Assembly (NCBI GenBank): GCA_963717465.1
Contig: OY970340.1
Coordinates: 1,984,001-2,048,000 of the forward strand
Source of the DNA: Candidatus Bathyarchaeota archaeon
GTDB lineage: Archaea; Thermoproteota; Bathyarchaeia; Bathyarchaeales; Bathycorpusculaceae
Direction of reading: 5' to 3'
DNA: 64,000 bases
Shown here: positions 18,938-28,535 of the stretch, one piece after another
Position numbering within the stretch: position 1 is the first letter of the stretch
How the letters are laid out: each line of letters starts with the position of its first letter
The notes under the pieces: model-generated
What the model saw: the letters and a program-made list of their open reading frames with translations, nothing else
The model's database searches: none
Told to the model about the DNA's origin: nothing
Translations under genes and position numbers: made by a program

Positions 18938-20992
18938 TCATAGAAAAATCAGCCATAGAATATACGAAACAAAACAAACTAGAAAGATGCAAAGCCAGAG
19001 CTTCTTGCTGTAATGAATGATGTCTCTACCACTCATAGGGGTAAACGGCATAGCATCAAACAATGCACTCATGATGCACATGGACAGACCTATTCCACCG
19101 ATCAAGGCAAACCCTAACTTGTATAAGATGAAAAAGCTTAACGCAAAAAGCAGGCTTATGATAATTTCAAAAGCAGCTGTTCTTACACCTATATGCTTAG
19201 AAAAAATTGAGTCATCTTTCACGTTACGAGTAGGAGATGAGAAGGGTGAACGGAAAGCAAACGCTGTCACCACGAACAATACGAAACCTAACGGCCAAAA
19301 CCTATGTTCACAATGGACGCCTTTATGACGAATGTAAGCAATGGTGAAGTACTTTTTAACTAAAGCTACAATGATACTAGTGCCTAAAACTATAGGCAAT
19401 ACAGTGAGTATCAAGGAAAAATCCGGCACTTTAACGTAAGAGAATGCTAAAGTTAAAAAGACGAGTAAAATTATGTATGCCACTATTTCCGTTTTGGAGA
19501 TTTTAAAAATCGAGCTTGCCTTTTTTTTGGTACCAGCTTTATTTTTTGAGGCAACAAAATCTTCAAACCATTTCTTGACGCTGTCTGGAATAAGACCCTT
19601 TAGGTAATCTACAAATCTCACCCAGAAACCTGCACCTGCAGGAGCGCTTGTCGTTGAAAATATTGCTGAAACAACGCCGGTCACGACTGCAGCAAAGCTA
19701 ACGGATATGGCAGCTTGACTTGGGGTCGGTGTCCAAGCAGATGAAGAGGCGACTGCGACATCAGTGTCAACGATTGTTTGTCCAGGTGTGTAATTGCCAA
19801 AAGCGTAAAGGTTTGAATCATAGTCGCCTACGAATAAGGCGCCATCAGCAAGGGCTGAAGAAGCAAAAAAGCTTCCGGCAGAATAGCTCCAGACCAAGCT
19901 TCCATCCGAAGCTGATAATGCATAAAGCGTGCCGCCAAAGCTTGACACGTAAATAACCCCTGAAGAAATGGATGGAGAACTGTAGACTGCTCCATTTGTT
20001 TGATATTTCCAGACTAAGCTGCCATTTGTTATGTTAATTGCATAAACGTAGTCGTCTTCGCAGCCAACGTATAAAATGTCATTGCTTACGGCTGGCGTTG
20101 ATGAAACCTTGTTGCTGCTTGCTTGGTAACTCCAAATCTCTTTGCCCGTACTTGCATCAATCGCGTAGACGTAACCACCATCGTCCCCAATGTACAATAC
20201 ACCGTTTACAACTATAGGTGAAGAGTCCATGTATGTGCCTCCGCCTATAGTTTGGTAGCTCCAAATGAGGGCACCCGTTTGAGCGTTTAGAGCGTAGACT
20301 TTACCGTCTTCAGAGGCAATGTATACAGTATTACCAACCACTGCTGGTGTAGTGCGAATTTGACCGCCAGTAGTATAAGTCCACAGTAAGGCGCCTGTGT
20401 TTTCGTTGAGGGCATATGTTTTATTGTCGGTATCACCAAAATACACGGCGCCGTTAGCAACGGCTGGAGAACCGTATATAGAATCTCCAGAAGTAAAATT
20501 CCATTTTAAAACACCTGTATACGCATCTAACGCATACAAGCTGCCCTTTGTTGCTCCATTAGTGTTATCGCCAAAATAGACAATTCCTTTAAAAACTGCG
20601 GGAGAAGACCAAATATCGCCTGAAGCAGTGAAATTCCAAATTTCATTACCAGTTGAAGCATTTATTGCACTAAAATAACCGCCGAAAGTGCCTACGTACA
20701 AGATATTGTTAAAAACAGCTGCAGATGAGCGGATTGCGCTTGGTAAAGCATGAATCCATAATGTCTGGTTAGAAGAAGGTCCAGCAATCGAGGAAACACC
20801 AGTATTGGAAAAATCATGACGAAAAGACCTCCAATAATCAGTAGAACTTGCTATCGAAGTGCTTTGTGTGTTGCTTGGCAGGCTACCTGAAGCACCAAAA
20901 CATATAACAGAAGTTAAGGCAAAGATAACAAGCGACAGCATTACTGTTAAGATGATCAAAGATAACTTTTTCAATGCCTTCCCCCCAATCAA
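18938..20992 (-). CDS. PQQ-type beta-propeller fused to degenerate peptidase M50-like membrane domain
   Basis: Repeats SSPAV..G.VY.G..DG.LYALDA.TG...W; C-terminal multi-TM domain shared with 40737..42209. Confidence 0.85.
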   Translation of the reverse strand: MIGGKALKKLSLIILTVMLSLVIFALTSVICFGASGSLPSNTQSTSIASSTDYWRSFRHDFSNTGVSSIAGPSSNQTLWIHALPSAIRSSAAVFNNILYVGTFGGYFSAINASTGNEIWNFTASGDIWSSPAVFKGIVYFGDNTNGATKGSLYALDAYTGVLKWNFTSGDSIYGSPAVANGAVYFGDTDNKTYALNENTGALLWTYTTGGQIRTTPAVVGNTVYIASEDGKVYALNAQTGALIWSYQTIGGGTYMDSSPIVVNGVLYIGDDGGYVYAIDASTGKEIWSYQASSNKVSSTPAVSNDILYVGCEDDYVYAINITNGSLVWKYQTNGAVYSSPSISSGVIYVSSFGGTLYALSASDGSLVWSYSAGSFFASSALADGALFVGDYDSNLYAFGNYTPGQTIVDTDVAVASSSAWTPTPSQAAISVSFAAVVTGVVSAIFSTTSAPAGAGFWVRFVDYLKGLIPDSVKKWFEDFVASKNKAGTKKKASSIFKISKTEIVAYIILLVFLTLAFSYVKVPDFSLILTVLPIVLGTSIIVALVKKYFTIAYIRHKGVHCEHRFWPLGFVLFVVTAFAFRSPFSSPTRNVKDDSIFSKHIGVRTAAFEIIISLLFALSFFILYKLGFALIGGIGLSMCIMSALFDAMPFTPMSGRDIIHYSKKLWLCIFLVCFVSYILWLIFL

Positions 20993-21138
20993 AGATTTTG
21001 AAATAATTATTTAAACTTTCAATTTAGCGGTGAATAATCAGCAATCTAAGTCTAAATTTAATACTCTCTTTAGAAGAATTTTAGACGGCAATTTAGCGGA
21101 TAAACTTTCATGACATAACGTCTTAAGTAAAATGGGGA

Positions 21139-21597
21139 TTAGGGGAAGCCTGTTATTAAATCGTATATGTAAGCGTTCCATTCTTCGGATTTTTTGTCCA
21201 GTATTTCGTACAGTTTCTTTAGAAATTCATGATACTTGTTTTCATCTTCCATTATGTTTAGGATTAATTGCTTGACATTTTTGTCTTTAAGAGCTTCGCT
21301 GATTTCTTTTGCTTGCTTAAGCATTTTTGCCTCTTCTTTCACATGTTTTTCAATTTCGTTTCTGCTTAGATTTTTGCTTTCTTCGCCCATAACGCTGGTA
21401 TTGTTTAGATCTATTATTAATTGGTAAGTTTCTGAGTGTTTCATCGTGTCAAAGATTAGGCAGTGGACAAGCAACTTGACCAGTGGATTTTGAGCAGACT
21501 CGTATACGGTCGTTAATTCTTTAGCCGCAAGATCTTCAAATTTCTTTTGTTCCTTTATCTTTTCAAGAATTTTTTCATCTACAATTTGCCAAGACAA
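21139..21597 (-). CDS. Ferritin-like/rubrerythrin-type protein
   Basis: E..DTMKH and E..DENKYH helical bundle pattern. Confidence 0.7.
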   Translation of the reverse strand: MSWQIVDEKILEKIKEQKKFEDLAAKELTTVYESAQNPLVKLLVHCLIFDTMKHSETYQLIIDLNNTSVMGEESKNLSRNEIEKHVKEEAKMLKQAKEISEALKDKNVKQLILNIMEDENKYHEFLKKLYEILDKKSEEWNAYIYDLITGFP

Positions 21598-21702
21598 ACA
21601 GACAGCCTCTAACTATTGCAGAAATATGAGTTTGCTTATTAAGTTTTTATCCTTGCAACGTAGGCTAAGGAAAATATAAAAAAAATTAATTTGTCGAAAA
21701 CG

Positions 21703-22260
21703 TTAGCGGATTATGTTGTAATATTGTTTGTATTTTTTCGGCGGCGCTACAGCTTTTGTATTTTCAAGTTTATATCCAAGAACTAGACCATAATGCGCTT
21801 CATAGCCGTCTGGGATGCCCAGTCTTGTATAACTTTCAGGACTGCTAAAATAGAATCTGGCAAAGCCTATCCAGCAAGAACCAATGCCAATGCTTTCAGC
21901 AGCTAAAAGCATATTTTGCATAGCGGCACAAATATCAGCAAGTGGTGTAACGGCATCTTTCTTTGCGGAGACAATAATTGCTGTTGGAGCATTATAGAAT
22001 ATGTTTAGTTTTTCGTTGCTTCCCATTGTTACTATCCAGTCAACACCACTTTTCCTCATGCCTTCCTTGGCTCCATCGCTGACTTCTTTTATTAACGATT
22101 TATTTTGCAGGACAGTAAAGTACCATGATTGGTCATTATGACCGCTTGGAGCCATAAGACCAGCATCCAAAATCAGTTTCAACTCTTCATCTTTAATTTG
22201 TTCATCTTTAAATTTGCGAATACTACGCCGACTCGCTATAACCTTTAACGTCTCATTCAT
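21703..22260 (-). CDS. Nitroreductase family protein
   Basis: RRSIRKF, APSGHNDQSW, QNMLLAAESIGIGSCW. Confidence 0.95.
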   Translation of the reverse strand: MNETLKVIASRRSIRKFKDEQIKDEELKLILDAGLMAPSGHNDQSWYFTVLQNKSLIKEVSDGAKEGMRKSGVDWIVTMGSNEKLNIFYNAPTAIIVSAKKDAVTPLADICAAMQNMLLAAESIGIGSCWIGFARFYFSSPESYTRLGIPDGYEAHYGLVLGYKLENTKAVAPPKKYKQYYNIIR

Positions 22261-22422
22261 GACAATTCCCTCAACAAGTAGTAAATTGAAATCTAGATTC
22301 TTGAATGACTTGAGTAATATAAACTCAGTGGCTTTGCTACCCTAATTCGCCTAACTATGCCCTCAACGTTCAATGACCTATTTTTCTTAGCAAACGGCAC
22401 GTCCCAACTAACATCTGCATAA

Positions 22423-22776
22423 TTAATTGTTGATGCGTTCCTCATAGTCAGCGGAGCACCCGCCATCTGGAACTATAACTATGCGAGTGTTGTCTGGAAG
22501 TGGCACTTCTATTGATTCTCGAAGGTTTATGAATGGCTTTTCAGGACATGATGCCATGAGTGCAACCATTCTGTAGAAACGGTTCTCTTTTGGATGCCAA
22601 ATCAGTTCACGCAATGGACAAGTCTCACTTAACATTGAATCAGCCGTATCTATAGCATCCTTTATTGTTGCTCCGTTATCAAGATTCAAGGGCAACTCAA
22701 CATGCAGGGAGCGATGGTGAATACTAATTGTAATTTTCTTCAATTTTCGTTCACCATAGCGGTTTTCAAGATTCAC
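22423..22776 (-). CDS. Possible beta-grasp (MoaD/ThiS/ubiquitin-like) protein
   Basis: ATIKDAI and PLPDNTRIVIVPDGGC near C-terminus. Confidence 0.45.
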   Translation of the reverse strand: MNLENRYGERKLKKITISIHHRSLHVELPLNLDNGATIKDAIDTADSMLSETCPLRELIWHPKENRFYRMVALMASCPEKPFINLRESIEVPLPDNTRIVIVPDGGCSADYEERINN

Positions 22777-22885
22777 TTCAATTGATACTTTTAAATTACT
22801 TCATTTCTTATTTACACATAGATTTTATTATACATTGAGGATAATTCTTTTCGTTTTCCAATTAATTCGTTTTGTTAAACATTTG

Positions 22886-23689
22886 TTATTTTTTATTTGA
22901 TAAAGGGTATATTCTTTTATCCTTTAGATACTTGATTGATTTTTCAATTTTTCTTAATTCCCCTATTTCGAATACTACTTCAGGCTCAAGGCCCTGCTTC
23001 TCGAGCAATGAGGTTAACTTTGTCCAGTCTATTTTGCCAGCTCCAACCTCTAAATGCTGATCTGTTAAACCGTTATTATCGCTGTAGTGCAAGCATTGAA
23101 TTTTTGAACCGAGCATTTCAATCCATTTGTCCATTGGCAATTTAGAGAAGACGTTTGCATGAGCAACATCAAAGCAAACCTTCAATCTGGATTCATTTAT
23201 TGTTTCAAGAAGTTTGCAGAGTGCTTCAGGAGAAGATTCCCAAAGGTTTTCGAGCAAGATTACGCCATCAAAACTTTTAAGCGTTTTTTTCCAAAAAGCT
23301 GCGTTACGTTCAACCCAAAATTGAAAGTAAAATGGGTCCGAAATGAACGGGTTAAAGTTTCCATGAAAAACTATCTGTTTTGCGCCCACCGTTGAAGCTG
23401 TCTTAATGCTTTCAAATATGCGCTTTTGAGAAACTTCAGCTATCATAGCATCGCTACTGTGGACTAAAACGTCTTGAAAAACCCCGTGAAAAGAAATTTT
23501 CCCTTTAAACCCCCTCAAGACATCAATGTGCATCTGTAAAACTTTCTGCCAATCCATCTCAAACGCATTAGCATAAGCAAAACTAGCAATTTCCAAATTA
23601 TAATTTTGTGCTACTGCAAAATCAACAATTTCAATCAAGTTATCATGATGAAGAGGCTGAACAAACAGCTTGGACATGTTAGAGTGCAA
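22886..23689 (-). CDS. Sugar phosphate isomerase/AP endonuclease 2 TIM-barrel protein
   Basis: LLEN, CFDVAH, HYSDN, DQHL..G.G.IDW. Confidence 0.9.
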   Translation of the reverse strand: MHSNMSKLFVQPLHHDNLIEIVDFAVAQNYNLEIASFAYANAFEMDWQKVLQMHIDVLRGFKGKISFHGVFQDVLVHSSDAMIAEVSQKRIFESIKTASTVGAKQIVFHGNFNPFISDPFYFQFWVERNAAFWKKTLKSFDGVILLENLWESSPEALCKLLETINESRLKVCFDVAHANVFSKLPMDKWIEMLGSKIQCLHYSDNNGLTDQHLEVGAGKIDWTKLTSLLEKQGLEPEVVFEIGELRKIEKSIKYLKDKRIYPLSNKK

Positions 23690-23740
23690 TTAGTTTTTAC
23701 CAATATAAATTTGTCCCAATAAAGCTCCGGATTAACTTGC

Positions 23741-24589
23741 CTAACGCCACAATGTTCTAATTGTGTGTCTGGCTTTTTCCATTATTGATGAAACAGCTTG
23801 TTTTGATAAACCAGTTTTTCTTTCAATATACTGGCTATCTTGTTCGGTAAACTGTTTTATAAGCACTATGCCAGCATCGACTAGAAGTAGTCTTGCTTTT
23901 GTGCTAACTCCTCTAAGGCAACTCAATGGATACAATTCGTATTTCTCAATAATATCTCTTAGTCCGAAACCTTCAGGGGAAGTCCATCCTATCTGCCAAA
24001 TGTTACGGCAACCGCCATAAACTATGGCATGGTCGGAGTATCTGGTGTTGGTAACTATGATTGCGCCATCAATTTTAGTTCCACTTGAACCGCGTGCGTA
24101 ACCGTCTCCAACGTCTTCAAGGATTGCCCTTGCTATGCGACTCTCGTCAAGTCCAGTCAAGGAATGATAGCTTCTGTGATGTTTTGCTTCCACAAAGTAT
24201 GTTAAGCCATTTTTAGTCGCTAAAGCATCAACCTCGTGTTCCCCACACAATCCCTTAAGAATCGTGTTAGGCTTCACCTGGAAACCACTATGATCCAGTA
24301 GAACTCGAACAAAAACTTCGAATTCAGGCTTAGGCTCCATTAAGCTTATGCCCTGTTTAAGATCAAAAAGATGTTTAACAGCGGGCTTGCGTTCCCGCAT
24401 CAAAGCAAAAATAGTTTCCAGAATTTCCTGCGTCGATATACCTTCGTAGAGTTTTCTCTCCACTTCTTGTTCAATCTCAGCAGCAATTTCACGATTGATG
24501 CCCATTCGCCTGCATGTCTGGGCAACTTTTTCCCTATCGAAAGGCTGTCTTGAACCATTTGCTTTAGTTACGAGAACCGTCAAATGCAT
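23741..24589 (-). CDS. ATP-cone plus Mrr-like restriction endonuclease domain protein
   Basis: VTKANGSRQPFDREKV ATP cone; FE..HEVD..VEAK PD-(D/E)xK motif; VTNT. Confidence 0.85.
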   Translation of the reverse strand: MHLTVLVTKANGSRQPFDREKVAQTCRRMGINREIAAEIEQEVERKLYEGISTQEILETIFALMRERKPAVKHLFDLKQGISLMEPKPEFEVFVRVLLDHSGFQVKPNTILKGLCGEHEVDALATKNGLTYFVEAKHHRSYHSLTGLDESRIARAILEDVGDGYARGSSGTKIDGAIIVTNTRYSDHAIVYGGCRNIWQIGWTSPEGFGLRDIIEKYELYPLSCLRGVSTKARLLLVDAGIVLIKQFTEQDSQYIERKTGLSKQAVSSIMEKARHTIRTLWR

Positions 24590-24776
24590 TCAACCGCAAT
24601 TGAACAGATACGTTCGTTGACGTTTTAATTTTTTACTATTGACCTATTCCCGATCTGCCTTATTTCATTAAAAAACAAGCAACTCCTAAAATATGCTCTC
24701 TATTCATTTCAAATATTGCTAAAACAAAATAAAAAATTAAGGCGACTTAATTTTAAAAGCCGATTAAGTCTGCTGA

Positions 24777-25889
24777 TTACAGCTTTCTTTTAACTAAGAA
24801 TTCAGTGAATGCTTTTAATTTTTCCTTGGCTTCTGAGTCAGGTAAAAGCTTATTCACTTCAGTCCAGCTTTCCTCAACTATGCTTTGCGCAGCGAGCCTT
24901 ACATAGTCAATGGCATCGTATTTTTGCATCAAAGAAATTGCCTCATCTCGCAGAGCTTGATCTGAAGTGTGCATATTAAGAATTTCAATAAGTCGTTTCT
25001 TATCAGCACTGTTTGCTCTTTCAAGCGCATAGATAACCATTAAAGTTCTCTTGCCTTCGGTGATGTCTTGACCAACTCCGCCTTTATTCTTAGCGAATTC
25101 TTCACCTGTTAAATCCAGAATATCATCCTGCATCTGGAAAGCAACACCTATGCTTTCAGCGAAGCGGCCCATTTTGTCGACTAAGTCTGGGGTTCCACCT
25201 GCTAAGACCGTGGCTATTTTGGCTGCCATGCGTGCGAGTGTGCCTGTTTTGTAAGCGCACATTTGAAGGTAATCTTCTTCACCTATCTTGTCTGCGTTAG
25301 CTATGCCTTTATGCCAAGTTATGTCCATTGCTTGGCCCATACTGATGTTAATCATTTCTTGGACGTAAATTTTGTAAATGTTGCACTTCGTTTCTGCGGG
25401 TAATTTTACTTTTTTATCCATCAACGGCAGAAGAGGCAGATAATACATTGCTTGACCAACGTTTATTGACATATCTACTCCAAAGGTTTTGTAAGTGCAT
25501 GGTTTTCCTCGGCGCATTTCCGAGGAATCCTGGATGTCATCGATTATGAGCGTGCCGTTATGAACGACTTCTGGAATTATTGAAAAATCTATCCAGTATT
25601 CGGGGTTTTTGCCTAATGCTTCACAAATCAGCAAGAAGAGCACGGGGCGCCATCTTTTTCCACCTCTATCCAGCATATCCCAGATTGGTGCTGCAATGGC
25701 TTTGTTCAAAGGTTCCAAATTGTAACTGTACATTGGTGAATTGACATCGAACAGAATCGTGTTTTTGGAGAATTTTCTGGGAATGTACTTTGCGATGGCA
25801 TTGTCGATTAAGGGTAATTTGTCTTCAAGATACTTTTCTATATTCAATACTGCACTTGTTTCTTCATATATTTTCTGAGATGTTAGCAT
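24777..25889 (-). CDS. Polyprenyl (GGPP) synthase
   Basis: GGKRWRP, DDIQD..RRG, GQAMD, KTG, FQMQDDILD. Confidence 0.95.
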   Translation of the reverse strand: MLTSQKIYEETSAVLNIEKYLEDKLPLIDNAIAKYIPRKFSKNTILFDVNSPMYSYNLEPLNKAIAAPIWDMLDRGGKRWRPVLFLLICEALGKNPEYWIDFSIIPEVVHNGTLIIDDIQDSSEMRRGKPCTYKTFGVDMSINVGQAMYYLPLLPLMDKKVKLPAETKCNIYKIYVQEMINISMGQAMDITWHKGIANADKIGEEDYLQMCAYKTGTLARMAAKIATVLAGGTPDLVDKMGRFAESIGVAFQMQDDILDLTGEEFAKNKGGVGQDITEGKRTLMVIYALERANSADKKRLIEILNMHTSDQALRDEAISLMQKYDAIDYVRLAAQSIVEESWTEVNKLLPDSEAKEKLKAFTEFLVKRKL

Positions 25890-25948
25890 TTAAATTTCAT
25901 TCCATCCTTAAAACTTGGATTTTTCATTTTTCTGCGTCAATTTTGAGT

Positions 25949-26368
25949 TTATTTTTGTTGTATGATCTTGTCTATGCGATTTCTGATGTTTTGCAGTCGC
26001 TCAACATAGTTGCTGATATTGGGCTTTTCAACTCTTATCTTATCTTCTAAGTAAGAGCTGTTAGATTCCATTTCGGCGATAACTTCCTCTGTGGTTCTAG
26101 GCATTCCTGAGATGTTTCCAAACGGCGTCCATAAGAGTTCTTGTCTTCCTTTTTCCGTGATTTCGTATCTGCCATCATCACGTTTCTTTATTATTCCTTG
26201 TACTGAAAGATCCTCAAGTAGTGGGTAAATTGAGCCCGGCGAAGGTCTCCACCAACCTTGGCTTACTGTTTCTATTTGATCCATTATTTCGGCTCCGTTT
26301 TTGGGTGATTGCTTTAATAATGTAATTATCCATACGCGGAGTCCTCCTCTTTTGACAAGTCTAAACGT
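25949..26368 (-). CDS. PadR family transcriptional regulator
   Basis: RGGLRVWII..KNGAEIM...WRPSPGSIYPLL...YEITEKG; frame open to an ACG at 26368 preceded by AGGTGA. Confidence 0.85.
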   Translation of the reverse strand, partial: TFRLVKRGGLRVWIITLLKQSPKNGAEIMDQIETVSQGWWRPSPGSIYPLLEDLSVQGIIKKRDDGRYEITEKGRQELLWTPFGNISGMPRTTEEVIAEMESNSSYLEDKIRVEKPNISNYVERLQNIRNRIDKIIQQK

Positions 26369-26369
26369 T

Positions 26370-26430
26370 CGATATCACCTATTCGATACGATGTTTTATG
26401 CTGTAATCGATATCGATAAATCGATATAAT
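26370..26430. promoter_or_regulatory. CGATAT/ATCGAT palindromic cluster, candidate PadR operator
   Basis: Perfect palindrome ATCGATATCGAT at 26406-26417 plus several adjacent CGATA copies directly upstream of padR. Confidence 0.55.
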
Positions 26431-26763
26431 AGTATCCATTCTAATAAACATTCCTAAGCACGGAGCTGTCTAATCTTTGAGGCATAAGCTCCTTTCTGGC
26501 TTTTCTGTAAAAATTCAGGGCATAGGTCGAAAGATCGCTGGCACCGTAAAGTCCTTATCTGTGAAAAAGGCTTACTCAAAATTTTTTATGAAAAAGCGTT
26601 ATCTGAAGACTATCTTAATTTGTTCATTTAAACGATTTGTCACTTTACATAGAAAAAGTTTAGATACATCTTCTTTTTTGATGTATCATAGGCTTTGCTA
26701 ACATCTTTTTTTCACTTTTAGTGAATGGGTTTTTAACTCATCAGTTTGGATGGGATGTTTTAA

Positions 26764-27531
26764 TTAGTCAGATTTGGCTTCTCTGTGGAATTTTTGTAAC
26801 CATTTGCGGGCTTTTGATTGGGCTTTTGGTGTTGAAGGGGTGGAAGGAGCAAACGGACAATTTACCTGACAAGTTATCTTCTGATATGATATTTTATCCT
26901 CTGGAATAAAAACGCTTATTATTGGTTGGAATGCAAGTATGCTGACTCCTACTAAAACCCATGTTAACTGTTCCGATTTAATATTGTTTTGAATACTTAG
27001 TGTATCGGTTGCACTTGCGACTGTTATAGCAGGATAGCCTGCCTCAACAGCAACTGCATAAACAACAACGTTGTATATTGTGGGAGTTAAGTATGGCCAA
27101 GAAGACCCATCTATGAGCCAAATAACTTGTCCGCTTGCTTGGTAAATATTTGGGGTAGTAGTTGCAGTTATTGAAAGAAATGCTGTGGTAGGCGCTTGAT
27201 TTGGGTTGCCAACTGTGCTGATATTATATGCCTCAGTAAATGCAATCCAAGGATAATCCTGCAAGAGGTTTGGGTCAGTTGAGTTGATAGAGACGAAAAC
27301 TGTAACTGGGTTGTTTACGCTAATTGAGCCTTGTGCAGTAAATAAGAAAGTACAAGTTACGGTTATATTCGGATGATTAGGCCAATAATCAATTGGCATT
27401 TGTAAAATAGATGGAACTGTAATATTTGGTACAGAGGAAATAAAAAGTACGCCGATTGGAACTATTGTGATAAAAGCAAGAAAAAGCATTATTGCAACTG
27501 CCCATCGTTTATGCTTATTTTGCATTACCAT
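26764..27531 (-). CDS. Hypothetical membrane protein (element cargo)
   Basis: 255 aa, N- and C-terminal hydrophobic helices. Confidence 0.7.
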   Translation of the reverse strand: MVMQNKHKRWAVAIMLFLAFITIVPIGVLFISSVPNITVPSILQMPIDYWPNHPNITVTCTFLFTAQGSISVNNPVTVFVSINSTDPNLLQDYPWIAFTEAYNISTVGNPNQAPTTAFLSITATTTPNIYQASGQVIWLIDGSSWPYLTPTIYNVVVYAVAVEAGYPAITVASATDTLSIQNNIKSEQLTWVLVGVSILAFQPIISVFIPEDKISYQKITCQVNCPFAPSTPSTPKAQSKARKWLQKFHREAKSD

Positions 27532-27585
27532 GCCTTCTCTCTAATTTAGTTATCATTTAGTTTAGAGAATTGTTAAGTTTTTGGG

Positions 27586-27653
27586 TTACTTGCTTGCTTT
27601 GCTTGCGTTTTGTATTAGGGTTATCCATTTATTTTGTCCTTCAATTGTTATTC
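27586..27653 (-). pseudogene. 3' remnant of a second IS6-like transposase
   Basis: Encodes ITIEGQNKWITLIQNASK vs ITIEGKNKWITLIQNASK at the end of the 28787..29914 transposase; differences mostly synonymous; no start codon. Confidence 0.85.
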
Positions 27654-27738
27654 TAGGCTCTGTTAATTTATCGTCAAATTTTTCTGGGTAGTAACTGTCG
27701 TCAGATGAAAGGCTTTGATGTTTAATTTGCTGATTAAT

Positions 27739-28209
27739 TCATGGGGTTAAGTACAATTTTCCTTTGTTGTAATTCCAATTCCAATGAGTAAAAATCCCAA
27801 GAATATCCATGCCTAATAGATTAGGAGAGGGTTCGATTTTCTTTCTTTTTGAGAATGGAATTACCAAAATTCTTTGAGGGTTAAAGATTTCTTCCTTTGG
27901 TTCTGTGTTTCCGCCTATAATATTAAATTTAATTTCTGGATAACAAAGAATTCTAGGGCGGATTTCTTTACCATTAGCCATTTGGCAAGTGTGAATAGAT
28001 TTGGTTAATTTTTTCACATTAATATTGATTGACTTAGCGAAAAAAGGCGATAATGTCGTTGTAGTTGCTCCCGAATCAATAATAAAAAAAACATCTTTTT
28101 GATTTTTTATCCATTGAGAATGACTAATTGAACCAACTATTGCAGCATAAGTGTAAATTGACTGCGTTAACTCGTCTTCTTCTGTAACAATGTCCGCAAT
28201 TAACTGCAA
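27739..28209 (-). CDS. Retropepsin-like (clan AA) aspartyl protease
   Basis: FIIDSGATTT and LLGMDIL. Confidence 0.85.
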   Translation of the reverse strand: MQLIADIVTEEDELTQSIYTYAAIVGSISHSQWIKNQKDVFFIIDSGATTTTLSPFFAKSININVKKLTKSIHTCQMANGKEIRPRILCYPEIKFNIIGGNTEPKEEIFNPQRILVIPFSKRKKIEPSPNLLGMDILGIFTHWNWNYNKGKLYLTP

Positions 28210-28220
28210 TTATTTTTCCC

Positions 28221-28535
28221 TTAAAGAAGGAAACATGTTGGCTTTTGACTAACGAAATCAATAGCAAACGAGTCGGAATTTTGACCTGATGCTTTAATTT
28301 TTCGCATTAAACTGTCAATGTCTTTCTCAGCAAATACAACTTTTCCTTGTCTAACAGCTACGTATTTGTTTACAAATTTAGGGTCATGTGATAATACCTT
28401 TTTTGACTCAAGTAACCATTTATAGTCTGCTTGTAATTTTTCACGGCGTTCATTAAGCGCACTAGAACTTGATGTCACTCTCGGTCTTACCACTACAACA
28501 GACATTGGTTTTTTCCTCATAACTTTGCTTTTCAT
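28221..28535 (-). CDS. DUF5678-like protein
   Basis: W......KFVNKYVAVRQGKVVFAEKD pattern; adjacent to aspartyl protease. Confidence 0.7.
   Translation of the reverse strand: MKSKVMRKKPMSVVVVRPRVTSSSSALNERREKLQADYKWLLESKKVLSHDPKFVNKYVAVRQGKVVFAEKDIDSLMRKIKASGQNSDSFAIDFVSQKPTCFLL

Noticed and set aside
19780..20760. Repetitive DNA in the PQQ gene as a DGR or repeat array
   Set aside because: Explained by beta-propeller blade repeats; no reverse transcriptase in the window.
26462..26701. ORF 26477..26701 and hairpins at 26462-26491 and 26663-26687
   Set aside because: No recognisable protein features; the short hairpins cannot be assigned a function.
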